Shown here piece by piece: positions 10,565 through 24,132 of a stretch of DNA of 64,000 nucleotides. The stretch covers positions 43,958,001 through 44,022,000 of the forward strand of contig NC_043015.1 of NCBI RefSeq assembly GCF_006345805.1, written 5' to 3'. Position numbers and translations under genes: made by a program. Below the pieces are notes generated by a model, which saw only the letters and a program-made list of their open reading frames with translations, was not told the origin of the DNA and did no database searches. Every line of letters begins with the position of its first letter. Within the stretch, counting starts at the first letter, position 1. Source of the stretch: Octopus sinensis. Taxonomy: Eukaryota.

Positions 10565-12340
10565 GAAAAGCAAATTATTCTGTTTCCCCATGCTTGTTAT
10601 TTTATCAAGATTAGAATACGTGGACAACCTCTGGCTACTGCCATTCGCACAGCTTGATTGCAGCTTTGACAAAACACAAAGATCTCAGAACCATCTGAGT
10701 TCCGTAATTGCTCTGAAGAAAAAAAAACTGTGGCCGACAACGAATTGATACACAGGAAAGTAGCTTCGGCTCAGTTCCATAATAGATCGATCGAGAAAAA
10801 ATCATGATATATATATAGAAAAGGTTAATTAATTTTTATTGAAATTTTAGCTTGTTAAGAATCACCATCTGAAAGATGTGACGGAACAGAATAGTCAAAG
10901 AATAACGGTAATTTTTTTTGGCTATATGTGATTCAGCGGCGGAATATAATGATTAAGATTGCATTTAGATTTCGTAAAGGAAAATGTCAGCTGCACATTT
11001 TCTGCTTGTTCGAGTGATATTCAAAACGGGATCATTAATTGTATAGCTGTTACCGTTGAAGGTGAAATGAAGGCAACGTTCGAAAAAAAAAAAAAACAGC
11101 GTCTGTTGCTGTTATGCTTGATGAGCCTAAGGTTATTCGAATGAAATCTTAAATATCACGTGTTTTGCGATTTGTTGATGAGAAAGAAAAGCCTCACGAA
11201 ACGCTTTTGCTTTTTTTTTTTTTTGCTTGTTTTGTGTTTTGTGTTTTTTTTTTTTTTAGATACGTTGATGTCAGTAAAAATAGAAAAGTTGCATTGCTGA
11301 CAGAAATTCCAAAATTCATTAATGAATTCAATCGTGATGGAGTGAGGGTGATGACTGGGGTATTTGAATGGGATGCAAGCAGGAATTTTTTTCTCTTTTT
11401 CTCTTTTTTTTTTTTTACTCTTTTTACTTGTTTCAGTCATTTGACTGCGGCCATGCTGGAGCACCGCCTTTAGTCGAGCAAATCGACCCCGGGACTTATT
11501 CTTTGTAAACCTAATACTTATTCTATCGGTCTCTTCTGCCGAACTGCTAAGTTACGGGGACGTAAACACACCAGCATCGGTTGTCAAGTGATGTTGGGGA
11601 GGACAAACACAGACACACAAACATACACACACACACACACGCATATATATATATACGCATATACGACGGGCTTCTTTCAGTTTCCGTCTACCAAATCCAC
11701 TCACAAGGCTTTGGTCGGCCCCAGGCTATAGTAGAAGACACTTGCCCATGGTGCCACGCAGTGGGAATGAACCCGGAACCATGTGGTTGGTAAGCAAGCT
11801 ACTTACCACACAGCCACTCCTTTTTGATGCGAAAGTCAAATTTGTACATTGTTCTGTGCATTCACTTAATTTGTTACTCAGTCAACTTCAAGCATTCATG
11901 AATATTGAATTTACTTCCATACTTTGAAAAGAATTTCAACTGTTTTCTCACCAAGTCGACAGCTCGAACAGCACAACTGGATGAAATTGTTGGAAGGCGA
12001 TTTCCAAATTTACCTAAGACACATTGGAATTATTCAACTCGACAAATTATCCATTTTGTCTGAGGTATTTTCAACCATTTTAGAAAACCCAGCTGATTGG
12101 AGCGCTTCAGAATTAGCACAGGTATGGCGGGTGGCGGATTTATTACTATCGTAAAAGTTTTCAGTTTCAATTTTCTATTATTGGTTTTTGAAACCATATT
12201 GAGTGATTCGGATGTTCTATTTTCGATTCTTCAAAAGATTTCTCTTGATATTTCGAGGTATATTCGTAAGGATGAAAACTTCAAAAAGCAATTACTTGAT
12301 ATTGTCGCAGTAGGCATAATTGTTGTATTAATCTTGGCGT
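10565..12340 (+). pseudogene. Decayed hAT transposase (ZMYM1/TTF-like type), interrupted by a SINE-B
   Basis: Fragments KLFCFP, SSDIQNGIINCIA, VAVMLDE, SRVLRFV, FVHCSVHSLNLLLSQ (CxxH motif), FPNLPKTHWNYSTR and FNFLLLVFETILSDSDVLFSILQK occur in hAT order, with frameshifts and stops. Confidence 0.85.
11412..11821 (-). mobile_element. SINE family B, near full length, nested in the hAT fossil
   Basis: Complete body and (gtaaaaga)n-type tail in reverse complement. Confidence 0.93.
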
Positions 12341-12369
12341 GAGATTAGGCTGCCTGCGTATCTTACAAA

Positions 12370-12720
12370 CAGAAGCAAAGCTCTTGAACACTTATCAACA
12401 GATTTATTTAAGGGAAGGCTGAACATGAACCCATACATAAATCATCAAATCCTCACTGGTAGAGAGACCAGGATATAGGGATCGATTTAACTGTGCTTGT
12501 TCAGCCATTAGTTATCTTGAAGATATGATATCGCTGAATCTTGTTCAAACTTTATCCTTCATTTGCTTGGCGAGAACCGAGTTGTGTTGTCTTTGAATTC
12601 TATGACAGCTCTGGCTGATTCCTATCACTAAACCGCTTAACTAGACAAATGGGTGCGAAATTGAAGAACACTTGAGATGATGTTCCAGCTGGTAGTTTGA
12701 TCTCCTGTAAACCGATTGGT
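12370..12720 (-). pseudogene. Possible highly decayed LINE RT C-terminal fragment
   Basis: Only weak motif similarity (SVLQF..., KFEQ-IQR, YPGLS) across frameshifts. Confidence 0.3.
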
Positions 12721-12730
12721 CTATAAATGA

Positions 12731-12832
12731 GGAAACGCGTGGCTTAGTGATTAGGATATTGGACTCATGATCGTAAATTATGGTTTCGATTCCTGGACCG
12801 GGCGACGCGTTATGTTCTTGAGCAAAACACTA
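12731..12832 (+). mobile_element. SINE-C 5' fragment
   Basis: tRNA-like head followed by ttcgattcctggaccgggc...ttgagcaaaacact. Confidence 0.75.
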
Positions 12833-13801
12833 TGCGGGAGGGGCAAATAATTTTCGGGGTAGGTGGCCCACTCTCTGCCTCGGCGATTAGCCTGCATCAT
12901 GGACTGCATGCCCGGTTTCCGGTGTGTGTGTGTGTGTGCGTGTGTACGTGTGTGTGTGTGTGTGGTGTGTGTGTGTGTGTGTGTGTGCGTGTGCGTGCGT
13001 GAGTGCGTGTATGTCAACCGTATGTCTAGTTCTCATGTTGCCTTTGTTCGTTTTCAACACATTGTTTTACCTAAATATTTTGAGAGACAGACTATCGGTC
13101 GCTGAGAAGTCAACCCATGCTGACTATCTCCTAGCCTCCTTCCCTTTGTTCTGCTGGCTTCGGCAAACCTCCGACTACACATCCGAAAAGACCGCTTAAA
13201 ATGCTCTCGGTATTCTGAACCATTCTTTTACCCACGAGAACTACGTTGCCTTCACTTTACATCATGGGCGACGCTTTTATGGGGATGATACTTTTTATCC
13301 TGCTATATAAGCCTGTGTAGGCCCGAGGGCCAGAGGAGAGGGGCAAATTTGTGAGTTGCCTCGGATTGTATACTATTTAGCTTTGCCATTGTACAAGCCT
13401 ATTCAAATATTCGTATAGTTCCTACCCATGGAAAAGCAACAGTTAAAAGGCTACGTAAAAAGTCTAAATGTTTAATTTTAGCTACCTGTGGCCCAATTTA
13501 TCAAAACAAAATGAAGCACAACTTTTATGCTACTGCTTGACTCAATTAACGGCCGGTTAGTCCATCTGACTAGCTGCATATTTAACTAAGATATATATGT
13601 ATGTGTCCAATCGGGTGGAGCGAAGTTAAATCAGATAAAAGCTGATTATAGAGATTATGAGAATATGGGAATATGAGATTATTTATGGAGTGGAAAATTA
13701 TATGAAAATTAAAATAACACAGAAATAAAGGTTATGAAAAGCCAAGAAAGAGAGAAAAATAGAGGAGAAATGAGAAAGTAAATGTGAAAGTGAAAGTACT
13801 A

Positions 13802-14203
13802 GGCGCAGGAGTGGCTGTGTGGTAAGTAGCTTGCTAACCAGCCACATGGTTCCGGGTTCAGTCCCACTGCGTGGCATCTTGGGCAAGTGTCTTCGGCTAT
13901 AGCCTCGGGCCGACCAAAGCCTTTTGAGTGGATTTGGTAGACAGAAACTGAAAGAAGCCCGTCGTATATATGTATATATATATGTGTGTGTGTCTGTGTT
14001 TGTCCCCCTAGCATTGCTTGACAACCGATGCTGGTGTGTTTACGTCCCCCGTCACTTAGCGGTTTGGCAAAAGAGACCGATAGAATAAGTACTGGGCTTA
14101 CAAAAGAATAAGTCCCGGGGTCGATTTGCTCGACTAAAGGCGGTGCTCCAGCATGGCCGCAGTCAAATGACTGAAACATGTAAAAGAGTAAAAGAGTAAA
14201 GAG
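13802..14203 (+). mobile_element. SINE family B, full length
   Basis: ggcgcaggagtggctgtgtgg head, CORE-like ttgggcaagtgtctt, internal (TA)(TG) tract, tail ggcggtgctccagcatggccgcagtcaaatgactgaaac-(gtaaaaga)n. Confidence 0.95.
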
Positions 14204-14560
14204 TACACGTAAAGCGGGAGAAAGAGCAAGACAACGGCCATAATAAAAGAGAAGTGATTTCTATGTGTGTTGTATTTATTTCGCAATATTTTCCATGAAA
14301 CGGATAGTATTTTGGGAGAGTCATTCTGTCAGTACATGCGCACTGGCTATGGTTCAGTCGTTTACCGAATGACTGATTTGTGAAAGGCTTTTGTCACACA
14401 TGTGTCACCTTTTGTAAAAATTGTCCCCACTATTTGTTTATTTATTGGGTGCGTGTGCCAGTGCCTTCGAAGTTTCGGCCAGCTGAGCCATCATCGGACT
14501 GACTGACAGACTGACATACAAACGCACTGATAGATAGATAGATAGATAGATAAGTATATA

Positions 14561-14922
14561 TGTTTCTGTATTAGCCACACAGGGCTGCACACAGACGGGA
14601 CAAAATTACAAGTTAGAGCTTTTCTTTTGGGGGTAAAAGAAGGGGGTTTGGTTTTCGATCAAAAGGGATCGTAAATGGAAAGAAAGAGGACAAAAAAAGG
14701 GGGGGATAAAATAAAATTTTTTAAAGGGGGGGTGAGGAAAAAAAAGGGGGAGGTGAGAAAAAAAGGGAAAGGAAAAAAAATTGATCAATAGGGATCGTTA
14801 TCACAGAAATGTCAATATGAAGTGTAATGGGGAGGACAGGTGAGGTTTACCCGTGGAAAGAAAAGCCTACGGAAAAGACCACGGTAACCTTGGTCAATGA
14901 AGTCACATGTTATATTTCTTTT
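14561..14922 (-). mobile_element. 3'-UTR-only copy of the Tx1 element, flanked by (GATA)n on both sides
   Basis: Collinear with 49878-50237; (GATA)6 at 14529-14552 and a long GATA array from 14923. Confidence 0.93.
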
Positions 14923-15290
<368 letters not shown>

Positions 15291-15335
15291 TTAGATAAGG
15301 TGACTCGATGGAACGTAGTATAATTTACAAATCTG

Positions 15336-15479
15336 GTATTATTCTTTTCTATTCTAGGCACAAGGCCTGAAATTTTGGGGGAATGGGGGAGGGCCAGTCG
15401 ATTAGATCGACCCCAGTACGCAAATGATACTTAATTTATCGACCCCGAAAGAATGAAAGGCAAAGCCGACACCCGGCGG
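15336..15479 (-). mobile_element. SINE-A2, 5'-truncated, with 14-bp TSD
   Basis: aatttacaaatctg at 15322-15335 and 15480-15493. Confidence 0.88.
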
Positions 15480-15994
15480 AATTTACAAATCTGCTAATAT
15501 CATTACAAAAAATGGCGATAAAACTGAAAAACCAACCGCGCACGGAATAACACTATGATACTTCTTTCTAACTATGACAAAATACCATTGGCATAAACGA
15601 CATCTTAATCCTGTAACTTACTTCCGCTACTTATAGAACCATTCTTGTTACTGACCATCTCTTCACACGAAACAGCACCGCACACACCTTCCATAGCGTC
15701 ACATCTTTTACTCCTTGACTTTCCCCCCAAGTATTCTACGCTGTCATACTTCGTTTCTTTGACATTTATGTTTCGCTTCTTGTTTTCTTGTTTTTGTATT
15801 TTTTTTCTTTCTTAAACCTTTGTATGCTTTGCGTGTGTCCCTTCTTTTTCAGTCTATAACGTGTATACTTTCTTTCTTTCTTTCATTTTTCTTTTAACAT
15901 TTCATTATATGTAAACCCCCCACACACACACTTTATGTCTGTCTTTGTATTGTCCCCCTTATTCTTCGCCATTGTGGCAAGTAAATGAAATCAT

Positions 15995-16524
<530 letters not shown>

Positions 16525-16742
16525 TTGCTTTTATCTTTTCCCGACTGTCTTGTTTTGTTGTTTTTATTTGGTTTTTTTTTGGCTTTTGCTTGTTTTTGTT
16601 GTTTTTTTCCTTTCTTTATCTTATGTCTTTATTTGTTATCTCATGTGCTCCTGTATATGCTTGATGTTATAGTTCTGTCAAGAGTATACGTGTTCACATG
16701 CACGCACGTGCACTCACTCGCGCCCATTCATCCATTCCCCAT

Positions 16743-16790
<48 letters not shown>

Positions 16791-16940
16791 GGACACACAC
16801 ACACGGACACACACACACGGAGTGCAGCTGAATGTCAATGAGTGCGCGCGCGCTGAGTGTGTGTGTGTGTCTGTGTGTAATATGTGAGTAAGAAATTAAA
16901 TGAGTAATAAAGGAACAAGAAGTTATATTATGAACTTCAC

Positions 16941-17023
16941 CAGCTTATAGCTGTTTCTGCTATGGGACGCAATGCACTCATAATTGAGTTCTTGTGTATC
17001 ACCCAACAGCTTCATCAGAGCTA
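16941..17023 (-). ncRNA. Minimal type-I hammerhead ribozyme motif, partly degenerate
   Basis: Minus strand: tagct-CTGATGA-a-gctgttggg...cccatagc-a-GAAAC-agct-AT-A-agctg; stem I AGCT/AGCT; near-palindromic stem III ACAGCT(A)T. Confidence 0.6.
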
Positions 17024-17345
17024 CATCCTTTGTCGTTTATTTAATTCATTATTATTATTATTACTCTGTACTCGACTGAGGATTTGTTCTGAAGCGTATG
17101 TATAATGAGTTCTAACACCAGGTTATTAATATCGCAATAACTCGCATATCCACATTGTGTTATATATTTGCTAACTATTCCCGGTGGCTTCTCGCCACTG
17201 ACGCCACCAAAAGGAAACAATATCATCGTGAAAGGCACGAAATTGTTGTAATCTTTTGGAAGATGACTGATGAAGAATAAGCTATGTCTTGTATGAGAAT
17301 TTTCCGTTTGTTGTGTTTATGTTAAATTTTTGGGACATAATATTG

Positions 17346-17390
17346 ACAGACAGACAGACAGGTAGGTGGGTAGGTAGGTAGGTAGGTAGG

Positions 17391-17474
<84 letters not shown>

Positions 17475-17479
17475 CAAAC

Positions 17480-17573
<94 letters not shown>
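17346..17573. repeat. (GACA)/(GGTA)/(GATA)n array without insertion
   Basis: Directly visible. Confidence 0.97.
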
Positions 17574-17809
17574 TTGAGGGGAGCGTGTGTATATGTCGTT
17601 TTAAATGAATGTATGTATGATTATATCTACATATTTTCATATGCGCAATATTCATATTGTATAATATTCAAACATGTCTGTTGATGTTTGTAAGTGGGTT
17701 GTGTGAGTGAATACACTTATCTGTGTATTTTTTATGTATGTGAGTCCTTTGTGTATCGTTTCTGCTTAAGAAATTGCTATACTTGAAGAAAATGAGCTAT
17801 GATTCTAGA

Positions 17810-18460
<651 letters not shown>

Positions 18461-18844
18461 AATGTGCGTTCATCATTTACGAAAACGTATAAATGTGAGT
18501 AAATATGTGTGTCTGTGTGTGTGTCTCTGTGTGTGTGTGGTCTGTGCGCATTGAAATAATTAAAATACTTCTTACGATATTGTGGCCATTGACATTAAGG
18601 GTTAGAGTTCCAATGTACTTACATGTAGACATTGCTAGTGACGTAGATATCTACGTAATATGACATACACGGGCGGGAACATTACTTTTAAAAGACGAAA
18701 GATAGTTCAAACTGTCAACAATTGTTATAGCAAACGGCACAAGACCATTTGAAACAGACGAAGTCACTGATTCAGACATTGAGAATGGACAAGATTTTGT
18801 AACAACCTAAGACAGAGACTAGTTCAAACAGCACACAACAAATG

Positions 18845-19079
18845 TGCATCAATGAAATTTGCAGACGATACGCACAAGTCCATCGAAACTGCAGACGATA
18901 CGCACAAATCCATCGAAATTGCAGACGATAAGCACAAGTCCATCGAAATTGCAGACGATAACCCGATTCAGTAGATTTTCAAGACAGCAACAAATATTCA
19001 TCAATTAAATTTGCAGACGATAAGCACAAGTCCATCGAAACTGCAGACGATAACATGATTCAGTAGATTTTCAAGACAG
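18845..19079. repeat. 30-bp minisatellite with higher-order duplication
   Basis: gcagacgata(c/a)gcacaagtccatcgaaa(c/t)t occurs ~3.3 times, then ~1.3 times; each block ends in gattcagtagattttcaagacag. Confidence 0.92.
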
Positions 19080-20121
19080 TCGGAAGAATACTGTTTAAAA
19101 TGACAGAATTACTTGAAAGAGTGGTCGTTAAAGTCACTGAATCATCAAATAAAGAAACCGTAGGAAACGGATGTATTAAAGACGTATGACAAAAAAAAGA
19201 CCATATTGAAAGAGAAAAGAAAAACCACAATTTGTAGAAGCCAAATTTAAAAAGGCCAGTCATCCAAAGAACTGTGAAAATAAAAGAGATAATTACGATG
19301 TAGACATATAGAAGAGCAGAAGATAAAATCGTTGGAGAATCATAAATCGTATTGAGACTAAAGAATTTTTAAGCCGTCGTGAAAAGGAAACTTCGATTAC
19401 GTTACATCAGCATTTACCACACTAATGACAAAATCTGGCTCCATATTGTTATAAATTCTAACAGCCTCAAGACATTGCGAGAAACTATTACCATTTCACT
19501 TTTCGTATCTACGTCCCACTTATATTGGTTTTAATGTTGTATATCTCTTCATGCTTCGTCTTCCATATTTAATTCTCTCAATTACATTTCAATCTCTTTA
19601 TCTTGTTCTTTATTTATTTGTTTTGTCGTTATTGTCAATTAACCCTTCCATTCCGACACAACAAAATGGAAGACAATATACTGTTTTAGCGATGGAAATA
19701 TTTCGGATTTAACATAAAAAGATACTTTGACGTACCAATCGTAACTGAGAAATTTCCAGGTAAGTAGCATGAATTTCTAATTAAATTTTAACTCCCAAAG
19801 CGAATATTATATTCATTATTGTTATGGCGATCAAAACAATCTAATCTAATATTGTAAGCCACAAATCCGAATCATCACGATTTCAACATAGTTGGATGTT
19901 ATCAGTCATTTGTACACAACCTGTATATAAATATATTATCTCATTCGCAGCCTGATATATTACGTAAATTATTGTCCTTTACGGATATTCAAATTTTATA
20001 GCAAGAGAGTAGTAAAGTGAGTAAAACTATGGTAAAATACCAAATATTACTGGTTGTAGACTCGGTATACATATTCTATGTAATTACACCATTCATCTGC
20101 TATCACTCATTTATTAGAAAA

Positions 20122-20513
20122 TCTTTATATATAAAAAAAAGGTTGTGTGTCTGTCTACTCCGATTTAGATTCCTAACTTCTCCCACATTTTGCGGTGCAG
20201 TTTAACCAAAACCGGGTATCTTATAGTCGTGATTCATATCAAGCCCTTCTGGGTATTAGCGCGCGTCTACGATGAGTCTTTTTTTTTTTAATAATTTACC
20301 ATAATTTTTTCCATTTTAATGCATATTTTTTAAATATAAGGGAAGTAACTCTCTAAAAATGTCTACGATGAGTCAACGATTTAAAAAAACAATTTACCAT
20401 AATTTTTTTTCCATTTTTAATGCATTTTTTGCTATTTTTTGGCTATAACTCTCTAAAAATGCTTTATAGTTATTTCCCTTACAAACCCGAGCAACGCCGG
20501 GCGATACTGCTAG
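20122..20513 (+). mobile_element. Non-autonomous Helitron
   Basis: A|TC tttatatataaa 5' end; 3' hairpin cccgagcaacgccggg; CTAG|T end; no TSD; homologous to 42887-43288. Confidence 0.9.
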
Positions 20514-20671
20514 TGCTACGTATATAAGCACGAACGCATGTAGTTAGGTCGCTATATTCATGTACGTCGCGATTGTTTCCATTTTCTCCGCTTACGAGAC
20601 TATAAATGACATAAGTACCATTCCCTACCACAGCCACCGACATCATCAATACGGATCACCTTCATCTCTCT

Positions 20672-20732
<61 letters not shown>

Positions 20733-20789
20733 CTTTCTCTATCTCTCTCTCTGATTCTCTCTCCCTCTGTGCGCGTGCGCGTATTATGT

Positions 20790-20912
20790 ACGCATGTGGC
20801 TGTGTAGTAAGAAGCTTACTTCCCAACCACCTGGTTCCGGGTTCAGTCCCACAGCGTGGCACCTTGTGGCAAATGTCTTCAACTATAGCCCCAGGCCGAC
20901 CAAAGCCTTATT
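20790..20912 (+). mobile_element. SINE-B 5' fragment
   Basis: gtggctgtgtagtaag...ggccgaccaaagcctt. Confidence 0.85.
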
Positions 20913-21009
20913 GGGGTCTCGATAACTTATAAGCCATGGAAATCGGATAACCGGCTCTATGAACCCTAGGACTAGAGAGAGTAATGTCCGGAGACTGACG
21001 ATAACAATC

Positions 21010-21224
21010 CCGGCGACGATGATGATGATGATGATAATAACGACGACGACGAGGGTGGTGATGATGATGACGACGACAACGATGATGATGATGATGGCGG
21101 CGACGACGATGACGAGGGTGATGATGATGACGACGATGATGATGACGTTGAGAGAGATAATGATAATGACGACGATGATGATGATGATAGCGACGACGAC
21201 GACCATGACGAAGTTGATGATGAA

Positions 21225-21265
<41 letters not shown>

Positions 21266-21419
21266 GGGTGATGATGATGACGATGACGATGATGATGACG
21301 ATGACGATGATGATGATGATGATGATGATGATGATAATAATGATGATGATGATGACGATGATGATGATGATAATAATGATGATGATGATGATGATGACGA
21401 TGATGATGATGATGACGAC

Positions 21420-21460
<41 letters not shown>
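21010..21460. repeat. (GAT)n/(GAC)n array
   Basis: Directly visible; source of the poly-M/H ORFs. Confidence 0.97.
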
Positions 21461-21462
<2 letters not shown>

Positions 21463-22078
21463 CATTATTTTGCTAAAGTGAATGTTGATTTCTAGACGCA
21501 TCTTCAGTCAAGTTTCGAGTGTCTCCAGAAATGTCTCGGGTACATCTATCTTATAGAGAGAAAAACAAAAAAACACCACTGTGCTGTCTTCTGAAGAAGT
21601 CCCTACAGCTCTCCACAATGAAAACTAGGGAGTGGTAAGTTGAGAAGAGCCTAAGAGACGTCAAGAGAGCGGAGAGAGAGAGAGAGAAGGAGAGGAAACG
21701 GGGGTACTTTAAGTGATACCTATGTAGTTTGTTTTGTTTGGTTGTTTGGTTCATTCATATTTGTGGCAACGTTAGTGAGTCGAGTGCCTTTGTGTGAGAA
21801 CCTACTTCGGTATATGCTTCGCGTGTGTTCGTACGTATCCGTGTTCGTACGTATCCGTGTTCGCAGCGATTGTCATTGGTTGTTAGCGCATGTATGCAAG
21901 AGTTAATAACCTAACGTCAATGGCGCTCAGTCTCTGATTCACGTTGTATGGTATTTTGTATTTATGTGTGCGTGTGTGTGTGTCTGTCTGTCTCTCTCTC
22001 TCTAAACAATAATAACTATAATAATAATAATAATAATAACATTATGACGACTCAAAAGTGATGAGCTAAGCCTAGCCA

Positions 22079-22571
22079 GAATCGAACCCACATTTTTCAG
22101 TCAATTTGTTTATATATAAGTGTCGCTTTAAATCGGAGAATATATATTATTATTATGATATATTATTATAGTTATTGTTGTACTAATAAACTTCCATCGT
22201 TGCTTTCTGTCCATTACAAAGCCTTCTGGTTTGTTTATAAATATATGTAGTATTAGACTGTTTGAGTATATATACGTAAAATGTGACTGAAATTGATGGG
22301 TAGCCACACGGCTACAGCCACGTCTGATTGCGCCAAGCGCTCACCCATCAATTTCAGTCACATTTTACGTATATATACTCAAATAGTCTAATACTACATA
22401 TGTTTATAAACAAACCAGAAGGCTTTGTAAGTTATGGACAGAAAGCAACTATGGAAGTTTATTAGTACAACAATAACTATAATAATATATCATAATAATA
22501 ATATATATTCTCCGATTTAAAGCGACACTTATATATAAACAAATTGACTGAAAATTGAATCGAACTCACAT
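22079..22571. repeat. Near-perfect ~210-bp inverted repeat, 41-bp spacer, 15-bp flanking direct repeats
   Basis: Arms at 22094-22301 and 22343-22554 (3 substitutions plus one 4-nt indel by eye); gaatcgaac(c/t)cacat at 22079-22093 and 22557-22571. Confidence 0.95.
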
Positions 22572-23023
22572 GTCAACGCTTACATGGCTACACGCGCTTT
22601 CTCTCTGTAACTTACAAAGTCTTCTGGCTTGTTTATAAGTATGATATATATATATATATGTATATCTTATGTATGAATATATTTACATACACAGACACAC
22701 ATACATACACACATCCATCCATCCATCCATCCATCCATCCATACATACATACATACATACATACATACATACATACATACATACATACATACATACGTAC
22801 GTACGTACATATGCGTGTGTTTGTTTTTATGTTCAGTTATAGTAAAAGCAATCTAACATTAACCTGATGGGTTACTCTATACTTTTGTTATTGGGTTTAA
22901 AAAAAAATTATTTCTATCCAAAGGTTATTTTTAACCAATGTTTACCCGCTCTTAAGGTGGTTTTAGCGTCAGATCACGGCTGCTGTTTTCAGCATGGCGG
23001 TATCTCGTAGATACCCTAAGTTA

Positions 23024-23080
<57 letters not shown>

Positions 23081-23081
<1 letters not shown>

Positions 23082-23245
23082 ATTGTTATATTTCGGAATG
23101 GTCATATGCCAGTTTAGCCAATAAAAAACACACGCACTATATATTTGAATTTGACTAAACTGGCAATATGACCATTCCGAAATATAACAATATCTGTTTC
23201 AACACACGACTTCACATAAAAAATCTGCACAACAAATATTTAAAC
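23081..23245. mobile_element. Fold-back family b, diverged copy in opposite orientation
   Basis: Arms at 23081-23121 and 23151-23192, 29-nt loop, followed by ttcaacacacga...ataaaaaatctgca (reverse complement of the family-b leader). Confidence 0.8.
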
Positions 23246-23246
23246 G

Positions 23247-23284
<38 letters not shown>

Positions 23285-23531
23285 ATATATATATGCACAT
23301 ATATATATGCATGCATGTATGTATCTGCATATATGTGTATAAACATGTATTATAGTTGATCTTATGTGAACAATAAAACTCTCATAAACATCTTATTTCA
23401 TTTTAATTGTAGCTAATATCTTCAATTTTAATTTAATATCACCTTTTATGATCAGCTTTTCGTCCTTTGTCTTTTATGTAGATGACAATGAGTAGGGGTT
23501 TCCTGCTGTTTGGTGGTAAGGAGGAAACCTT

Positions 23532-24132
23532 TGGGCGGGGAGCTGGCAGAATCGTTAACACGTCGGGCGAAATGCTTAGCGGTATTTCGTCTGCCGTTAC
23601 GTTCTGAGTTCAAATTCCGCCGAGGTCGACTTTGCCTTTCATCCTTTCGGGGTCGATTAAATAAGTACCAGTTACGCACTGGGGTCGATATAATCGACTT
23701 AATCCGTTTGTCTGTCCTTGTTTGTCTCCTCTACGTTTAGCCCCTTGTGGGTAATAAAGAAATAGGTATTTCGTCTGCCGTTACGTTCTGAGTTCAAATT
23801 CCGCCGAGGTCGACTTTGCTTTTCATCCTTTCGGGGTCGATTAAATAAGTACCAGTTACGCACAGGGGTCGATGTAATCGACTTAATACCTATGTCTGTC
23901 CTTGTTTGTCCCCTCTACGTTTAGCCCCTTGTGGGTAATAAAGAAATAGGTATTTCGTCTGCCGTTACGTTCTGAGTTCAAATTCCGCCGAGGTTGACTT
24001 TGCCTTTCATCCTTTTGGGGTCGATAAATTAAGTACCAGTTACGCACTGGGGTCGAGGTAATCGACTTAATCCGTTTGTCTGTCCTTGTTTGTCCCCTCT
24101 ACGTTTAGCCCCTTGTGGGTAGTAAAGAAATA
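23532..24132 (+). mobile_element. SINE family A, head + 3 body units, 17-bp TSD
   Basis: ggtaaggaggaaacctt at 23515-23531 and 24133-24149; two internal gaaatagg|tatttc junctions. Confidence 0.96.

Noticed and set aside
18641-18656. Perfect 16-bp palindrome acgtagatatctacgt
   Set aside because: About one such palindrome is expected by chance in 64 kb.
19280-19430. WRII...LHQHLP peptide reminiscent of Helitron Rep
   Set aside because: Too few matching residues and no flanking motifs.
23532-24132. SINE-A tandem units as a CRISPR array or retrozyme
   Set aside because: Eukaryotic context, no unique spacers, no hammerhead core in the unit; TSDs and Pol III boxes indicate a SINE.
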